Part shown: piece by piece, positions 54,769 to 60,040 of the stretch
Layout: each line of letters begins with the position of its first letter
How positions within the stretch are numbered: position 1 is the first letter of the stretch
IMG/VR virus record: IMGVR_UViG_3300025083_000025
Span: 1 to 60,040 of that record
Source of the DNA: a virus
Taxonomy: Duplodnaviria > Caudoviricetes
Length of the DNA stretch: 60,040 nucleotides
Reading direction: 5' to 3' (one strand)
The notes under the pieces: generated by a model
Databases searched by the model: none
Told to the model about the DNA's origin: nothing
What the model saw: the letters and a program-made list of their open reading frames with translations, nothing else
Position numbers and translations under genes: made by a program

Positions 54769-55730
54769 GACAATCCTTTTAAGCGTTCTTTATTAAGAGT
54801 TGATAGATCATAGTGTTCCTTAACGTACTCATATAGATTGTTGGCCAGCCTCCATGCTTTAGTTATATTCATATCCTTGATCTCTCTGCGCCAGTCAGAT
54901 GGAGACTTACAAAGTATGCCGGTTTCGTTATGTATGATTACTTCTTTATATGGGGTAACACTGCTTGCTATAATTGCAGTCTTAGTATATCCCGCTTCAA
55001 CTACTTTCAATTCTGATTTACATTTATTGAACACACTCTTCTTTAGTGGAGATAGTGATACATCAAAGAACTTGTACAGTTGTGCGTATTGAGTTATGTC
55101 TACGGGGTTCATACGATACTTAGCCTTTAATCTGTCGGCATAGTCCATGAGATTCATGCTGTATAATTCGTAGTCTTCAAAGGTCATACCCATCTCATCC
55201 AGATCTTTCTGGTGACCATTAGCACCAAGGTATCCAAACCTTACTTTAAAGTCTGGATTACCATCTTTCTGTTGATCAGCCCACTGCTGTTCTTTCTCGT
55301 ATACTGTATTAGGGATAAGTCTATAAACAGCGTCAGGATTAATCTTCTTCATCATCGTAATAAGGTACGAGGATGGTGACCAAATCTCATCTGCTATTTT
55401 AATTGTATTGGTAATGTTAGGGCCTTCCTTTTTTTTGTAATGCTCATAGGCTGGATTATCTTTAGGTAGGTTCCAGTAGTCATCGTTATCCAGAATAAGT
55501 TTGACGTCATTGTTCTTTAAGAACTTTTTAAATTCTTTGTGATCAGAGACGCTACATCTCCTGGACACCACAAGGTTTTTTATTTGAGACAAGTCCCATT
55601 CCTTCATCTCATTAAAGTCCTCAAAGAAATGGATCTGTAATCCTTCTTCTTCTTTAAGTCTTAGGAACGGAGTCATTAACCTATGATAGTTAATACCGTT
55701 TAGCCCATCAAGATAAATCAGTGTCATCAT
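54765..55730 (-). CDS. GT-B (GT4-like) glycosyltransferase
   Basis: GINYHRL..P, LILDNDDYW, IPN, RFGYLG..H..DL and SPL...FNKCKSELKVVEAG. Confidence 0.8.
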   Translation of the reverse strand: MMTLIYLDGLNGINYHRLMTPFLRLKEEEGLQIHFFEDFNEMKEWDLSQIKNLVVSRRCSVSDHKEFKKFLKNNDVKLILDNDDYWNLPKDNPAYEHYKKKEGPNITNTIKIADEIWSPSSYLITMMKKINPDAVYRLIPNTVYEKEQQWADQQKDGNPDFKVRFGYLGANGHQKDLDEMGMTFEDYELYSMNLMDYADRLKAKYRMNPVDITQYAQLYKFFDVSLSPLKKSVFNKCKSELKVVEAGYTKTAIIASSVTPYKEVIIHNETGILCKSPSDWRREIKDMNITKAWRLANNLYEYVKEHYDLSTLNKERLKGLS

Positions 55731-55932
55731 AATACTCAAGTAATACAGAGCGAATCATATCAAACTCTGCATCAATGTCTCTTTTAAACTTTCTGATTGT
55801 ATTGTGTAATCGCTCTGCGTCAGAACGAGGATCTCCTGAAGAGTCGTGTAGACTCTCATACAACTCAGTAGCCGCATCATGCATTCTACTGGTTGCCAGG
55901 AAATAAATCTTACTTAATGATTTTGTATCCAT
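55708..55932 (-). CDS. Hypothetical protein
   Basis: Tandem overlapping ORF. Confidence 0.6.
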   Translation of the reverse strand: MDTKSLSKIYFLATSRMHDAATELYESLHDSSGDPRSDAERLHNTIRKFKRDIDAEFDMIRSVLLEYYDDTDLS

Positions 55933-56290
55933 AACCCTTTATTGTTGCAACAAACTTATCCTTCTCTACGTTTGGATCGTATTGAGTTGATTGCTTGGTG
56001 AAGAACTTAGGGCTATCATCATGGATATAGCCGTGATTACGTAGGTAATCTGCTAAAAATTTACAACAACATATAGCGTTATCAACATCGAAACGACAAT
56101 TGTAACGTACATGTATCTCCATTGAGTCAATCCAGAACTTATCATAATCTTTGATTACTTCTGCTATGGACTCCCAATATTCCTTTTTGTATTTTACGCG
56201 CACCGCGTAGTGGCGCCCACTGTAGAACTTATTCAGTGATGGAGGCTTGGGTAGTTGTATTACGATTTCTTCGTAAGCATTCATACCCAT
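55910..56290 (-). CDS. RusA-like Holliday junction resolvase
   Basis: LPKPPSLN, FDVDN...K...D.L...G.I.DD. Confidence 0.75.
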   Translation of the reverse strand: MGMNAYEEIVIQLPKPPSLNKFYSGRHYAVRVKYKKEYWESIAEVIKDYDKFWIDSMEIHVRYNCRFDVDNAICCCKFLADYLRNHGYIHDDSPKFFTKQSTQYDPNVEKDKFVATIKGYGYKIIK

Positions 56291-56300
56291 GAATATAATA

Positions 56301-58076
56301 CTATAACTTCAGTAATGCAACATTATATGCCGCGGGTTTAAAACTTTTATTACCCGTTGCAAGACCACTGAATCCGGTTTTAGTTGAATTGATTTCTAAA
56401 ATAATAGGCTCGTCCCATGCAGTAGGTTCTCCTCCGGTTTCCTGGTTACGTTGTTTACGCACATGTATCTCGGTTCGTTGTCGAAGATCGTAGTCAGGCG
56501 AAGAAACTTTTCTATGAAACGTGAGGAAAGAATCGGCCCTATTCACGAACTTACCGCCGCCTTCAGTCATTGCGGCACGAGGTGCTACCGGCAGACCATC
56601 AGGCCCAACAGTCCTTTGTGCTTCGGTAATAGAGTGCGTGTTAAGCCATACCGCCATGTTGTTCTTAACGCTGAACGTAAGCATTTCTGAAGCGGCTTCA
56701 TAATGATACTCATGAGAAGACACTTGATTGTTCTTTGACACCGTCATCTTTAATGAGTTGTATGGATCAATAAACAAACCATGATAATCTTCTTGGCGTA
56801 TAAGTTTCTCTGCAAATACAAGTAGATCAGTGTAAGAATATACTTGCTCATTACTAATCACTGTAAAATATTTGTTGACCCATTTGTATGCGGCTACTCT
56901 TTCTTCATAGTGCATATCAGTAATCTTCATGTCTACCACAAACTCCATCAGCCTCATCTTTACTGCCGCAGTTCTATTTTCTGAGGAGTAAATTATCCAT
57001 CGCCAATTGTGTTTGATAGAAGAGCATACCATAAGATACAGCGCCATAGTAGTTTTACCTACGTTACTATGCCCATTGATAATAGTAAATTCTTTTTTAA
57101 ATAAGTAATGCTTGTCAAGTTCAGCGAAGCCGGTAGACAAACCTTTCTCAATCTCTCCGTTTGCAAACTTATTGATCCATTCATAGTCACTATCATCAGA
57201 AGAAATAAAGGACATGTCTCCATCATTGATACGCATCTCTCTACGTATCTTGTTCTCATCATCAATGATCTCACGAATAGGCATCATCTTGCCCTGACTT
57301 AACCCATCGACAATAGTCTTCTTGGCTAGATCTAAATCCTCAACGGTGTCACGCAGTTGTAACTCACGTAGCATTACACGCACCGCTTCGTCCTCTTCCA
57401 TCCTTCCAGCAGATATGTATCCACCACATAGAATTGATGCTCTTAAAAGAGTTATGTGCTTCTCGCCGTCAGGTGCCTTACGAATCATACGAGCAACGAT
57501 ATCTATCTTGTCGTAGTCGGTATATGATTTCCTTTCAGTGATATCCTCATGCTGAGTATTCTCAGAGAGCATAGCGCCAAAGACTTTGTTATTGTCATTG
57601 CTAATTAAGTCAGGGTCATAACTTTCAAAGCAAGCCCGCGATACATTAATACCTGAAGGGTCAACCTCTAATCCATATGTTCTATCAAAGTATGCTTGTA
57701 ATGCACGGAAGTGGTCACGATGTCTTTCGCTATTGGAAACCTTGACCAATGCTTTGAGGCCATCACCACTTGGAGATCTCCAGCATGCACGTATGTGTTC
57801 ATCAGTCCCTAATAAAGCCTTATAGTCATCTACATCAATGTGATCAAAGTCTAAGATTACATAACCACTATGTCCTTGAATGTCACTATCTCTTCTGCCT
57901 TTAAATACACCTGAGAATAATGCTACGGGCAAAGTCTTTTTAACAGCGCTTTGACCATCTCTGACTTCATCAACCTTTGATTTTGACTTACCTTCTCGTA
58001 TCCTATCTAATGCGCTTTCTAATGATATATAATGAGGGTCATCAATGTTAGTTATCGATGAGAATATTGTAATCAT
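56301..58076 (-). CDS. Primase-helicase (BT4734/VirE-N-like primase domain + DnaB/RecA-type helicase)
   Basis: KKTLP..FSG, LDFDH, SPSGDGLK and SRACFESYDP; Walker A GHSNVGKT; IDPYN. Start re-set to MITIF. Confidence 0.85.
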   Translation of the reverse strand: MITIFSSITNIDDPHYISLESALDRIREGKSKSKVDEVRDGQSAVKKTLPVALFSGVFKGRRDSDIQGHSGYVILDFDHIDVDDYKALLGTDEHIRACWRSPSGDGLKALVKVSNSERHRDHFRALQAYFDRTYGLEVDPSGINVSRACFESYDPDLISNDNNKVFGAMLSENTQHEDITERKSYTDYDKIDIVARMIRKAPDGEKHITLLRASILCGGYISAGRMEEDEAVRVMLRELQLRDTVEDLDLAKKTIVDGLSQGKMMPIREIIDDENKIRREMRINDGDMSFISSDDSDYEWINKFANGEIEKGLSTGFAELDKHYLFKKEFTIINGHSNVGKTTMALYLMVCSSIKHNWRWIIYSSENRTAAVKMRLMEFVVDMKITDMHYEERVAAYKWVNKYFTVISNEQVYSYTDLLVFAEKLIRQEDYHGLFIDPYNSLKMTVSKNNQVSSHEYHYEAASEMLTFSVKNNMAVWLNTHSITEAQRTVGPDGLPVAPRAAMTEGGGKFVNRADSFLTFHRKVSSPDYDLRQRTEIHVRKQRNQETGGEPTAWDEPIILEINSTKTGFSGLATGNKSFKPAAYNVALLKL

Positions 58077-58077
58077 T

Positions 58078-58383
58078 TCATTTAAAATCTTTGGCATAGG
58101 AATCTTCTTTGTGATATTCAGAGAACCCAATCTTCTTTTGAACAAGAATTTTGGAGACCCTGAAGTTATGTTTTTTGGTTTTGGAATTCATGCATTTTTC
58201 TAAAAAAAATAATGCCTTTGAATCTTTGTTTAGATCATGAAGATTTTTGGCTCTGCTTACACACTCCAACTCGTATCCCTTAAAGAGATGCATCTTCTTA
58301 CCAATCTTTCTTTGATATATAATGTTGACCTTGTAATAGAATATGTCCTGGCCTTTACTCATCCTTTTTATTCTTGCAACCAC
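58078..58383 (-). CDS. Basic hypothetical protein
   Basis: Tandem ORF; start uncertain. Confidence 0.55.
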   Translation of the reverse strand: MVARIKRMSKGQDIFYYKVNIIYQRKIGKKMHLFKGYELECVSRAKNLHDLNKDSKALFFLEKCMNSKTKKHNFRVSKILVQKKIGFSEYHKEDSYAKDFK

Positions 58384-58549
58384 AGTCTTCTTCCAGGTCT
58401 TCCCTTATCTCAAACATTTGATCACAGTAAGATTGTAAACTACTCTGACACCACACGCAAAATGCTACGGGCATGATGCCGAAATTCCCATACAAAAACT
58501 GATCGTCTACTTCACTACCACATATGGTGCACTCTTTTAATTCCATCAT
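58355..58549 (-). CDS. Small zinc-ribbon-like protein
   Basis: CTIC...CVWC. Confidence 0.65.
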   Translation of the reverse strand: MMELKECTICGSEVDDQFLYGNFGIMPVAFCVWCQSSLQSYCDQMFEIREDLEEDCGCKNKKDE

Positions 58550-59010
58550 ACCGGTAGTGTTATTATTTCTGATGCGCTTAATATTGCAAACTCATTCCAA
58601 TTCTGAGGAGCGTCGGCATATATTATCACTTTATATTTAAGTTTAGTGTCGCTTACTTCAGACTCGTTAACTAAATCCCTAATGAGTTCAATGCCTTCGA
58701 AATACTTTCTTTGATAATCGGGGTCTACGGTTTTACCATTAGCATATACTCCCATGCATTTAGCATGAGTTTTCTCAGCGTGAATAACGGTAGAGTGATC
58801 ACGATTAAACATCTTACCAAGAGATTGGTAACTCATAGTAGTATTGAATCTCAGGTAAGACCAAATCAATGTCCGCGTTTGAACCAAGTCACGATCTCTT
58901 TTACTTAGGTAAAGATGCGGTGCGTGAATCTCATTCAAGTTTGAATACACTGTAATTGTAGCATCGATTATTGCTTTGTTCTTTCTATTTATAAATGTAT
59001 GGTAGTCCAT
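58546..59010 (-). CDS. DnaA C-terminal-like HTH protein
   Basis: SYQSLGKMFNRDHSTVIHA matches the DnaA domain IV signature RDH(S/T)TV. Confidence 0.75.
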   Translation of the reverse strand: MDYHTFINRKNKAIIDATITVYSNLNEIHAPHLYLSKRDRDLVQTRTLIWSYLRFNTTMSYQSLGKMFNRDHSTVIHAEKTHAKCMGVYANGKTVDPDYQRKYFEGIELIRDLVNESEVSDTKLKYKVIIYADAPQNWNEFAILSASEIITLPV

Positions 59011-59234
59011 TACTTATCGGATATAGATTTGAAATATTCGGGAGCAACTCTTTCAATTTCCATTAAGATTACAACTTCTTTCTCTCGTAGAGATTCACTT
59101 GATCCTGGATCGTGTTTGCTTTTTGTTCCGAAAGATGCGTGTAGAATACTTAACTCCTCTAATTTACTGTCTACATATTCGCGTACCTCTGTACACATAG
59201 CACGACGGCTTACAGCGTTACATTTATTTTTCAT
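59010..59234 (-). CDS. Hypothetical protein
   Basis: Tandem ORF. Confidence 0.55.
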   Translation of the reverse strand: MKNKCNAVSRRAMCTEVREYVDSKLEELSILHASFGTKSKHDPGSSESLREKEVVILMEIERVAPEYFKSISDK

Positions 59235-59490
59235 ATCTCTTTAAGATTTTTTTTATCTCCTTAATACGTATGTGATCTTTACGAATTAAAGTGAATGACA
59301 TTATCGATACCAATACTAATACAATCATTGAGTTAAAGTTTAGGTTTGTTAAAACCTTCTTGCTCTAATATTTGCTCTTGCCATTCTTGTAACTCATGAA
59401 TATTATCTTTAATATCCTTTAGTTGTGCAGACAATTTATTGATGGTCTCTAAGGGGTTCCCCATCATCTTATTAAACTCTTCTTCGTAGT

Positions 59491-59694
59491 TCATCTCTCT
59501 TTGGTGTTAAAGGTTTCTTCTACTCTTTTTATAAGATAATTAATTTCATACTCATCGTCATCAATAAACTCTTGCACCAATTCTGCTGCGTCTTTATCAT
59601 TGTACTGTTTAGCATACCACTTTAGTCCACCTATAACATCATACACACCGTATTCATTAGGTGTTTCTTTCCACTTCTCAATCAACTCTTTCAT
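59491..59694 (-). CDS. Small protein ending TFNTKER
   Basis: Same junction repeat as the left-end cluster. Confidence 0.7.
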   Translation of the reverse strand: MKELIEKWKETPNEYGVYDVIGGLKWYAKQYNDKDAAELVQEFIDDDEYEINYLIKRVEETFNTKER

Positions 59695-59718
59695 TGCCGT
59701 TTTTATTTCTCTTTTGTT

Positions 59719-59901
59719 TTAATATATTTTCCACTCCCTTGTTACAGCATTGAAGATTTGATAATAGTCATAGTAATCATCATCCTTATACTTTTGAACA
59801 AGGGCTTCAGCATCTTCAAAATAATCAAAACTACCTTTTACATCATTCATACCGCCCGAAGGGTAGTGTTGGCTGAATGCAAAAACTATAAACTTTTTCA
59901 T
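59719..59901 (-). CDS. Small hypothetical phage protein
   Basis: FIVFAFSQHYPSGGMND..GSFD. Confidence 0.65.
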   Translation of the reverse strand: MKKFIVFAFSQHYPSGGMNDVKGSFDYFEDAEALVQKYKDDDYYDYYQIFNAVTREWKIY

Positions 59902-60040
59902 TTTTCTTTGGTGTTAAAGGTTTCCTCAAAGTAGTCATCTGCTGATTTTTGGAAGCAGTTCCTTTGATAGTCATCTGCAAAGTCGCACATCACATCTTTC
60001 TCTTTCTCAAGGTGTAGTTCCGCAAAACTTATAGCATCTT
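59898..60040 (-). CDS. Partial small protein, LEKEK...TFNTKEK family
   Basis: Manual translation ...LHLEKEKDVMCDFADDYQRNCFQKSADDYFEETFNTKEK; start lies outside the window. Confidence 0.7.
   Translation of the reverse strand, partial: DAISFAELHLEKEKDVMCDFADDYQRNCFQKSADDYFEETFNTKEK

Larger units (their letters stand above)
59491..59923 (-). repeat. Gene-junction repeat, right cluster
   Basis: Copies at 59491-59516 and 59898-59923, with a degenerate copy at about 59702-59722. Confidence 0.8.

Overview
The window is most of the genome of a tailed dsDNA phage with podovirus-like (crAss/Cellulophaga-phage-like) morphogenesis genes. The host is probably in Bacteroidota, inferred from many TAnnTTTG -7 promoter elements and the lack of obvious Shine-Dalgarno sites. 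Layout: (i) 1-11.3 kb, minus strand: small early genes plus a recombination trio (SSAP, RecE-like exonuclease, SSB). (ii) 11.3-12.1 kb: a hairpin-dense non-coding switch region. (iii) 12.6-54.1 kb, mostly plus strand: terminase, portal, a 2066-aa collagen fibre, scaffold, capsid, tail, internal virion proteins and lysis genes. (iv) 54.1-60 kb, minus strand: primase-helicase, RusA-like resolvase, a glycosyltransferase and small genes. I recognised no DNA polymerase, RNA polymerase or integrase. The standout system is a Gly-X-Lys collagen fibre gene followed, two genes later, by a three-domain enzyme: GT4-like + COLGALT-like GT25 + PLOD-like lysyl hydroxylase. This looks like a phage-encoded, animal-style collagen hydroxylysine-glycosylation pathway. 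Other signals are a strand-polarised ACAGCG hexamer, tRNA-like leaders, a candidate structured ncRNA, gene-junction repeats, a nested gene and a stand-alone RNR-tail-like peptide. All family assignments are by eye from motifs; no searches were run.
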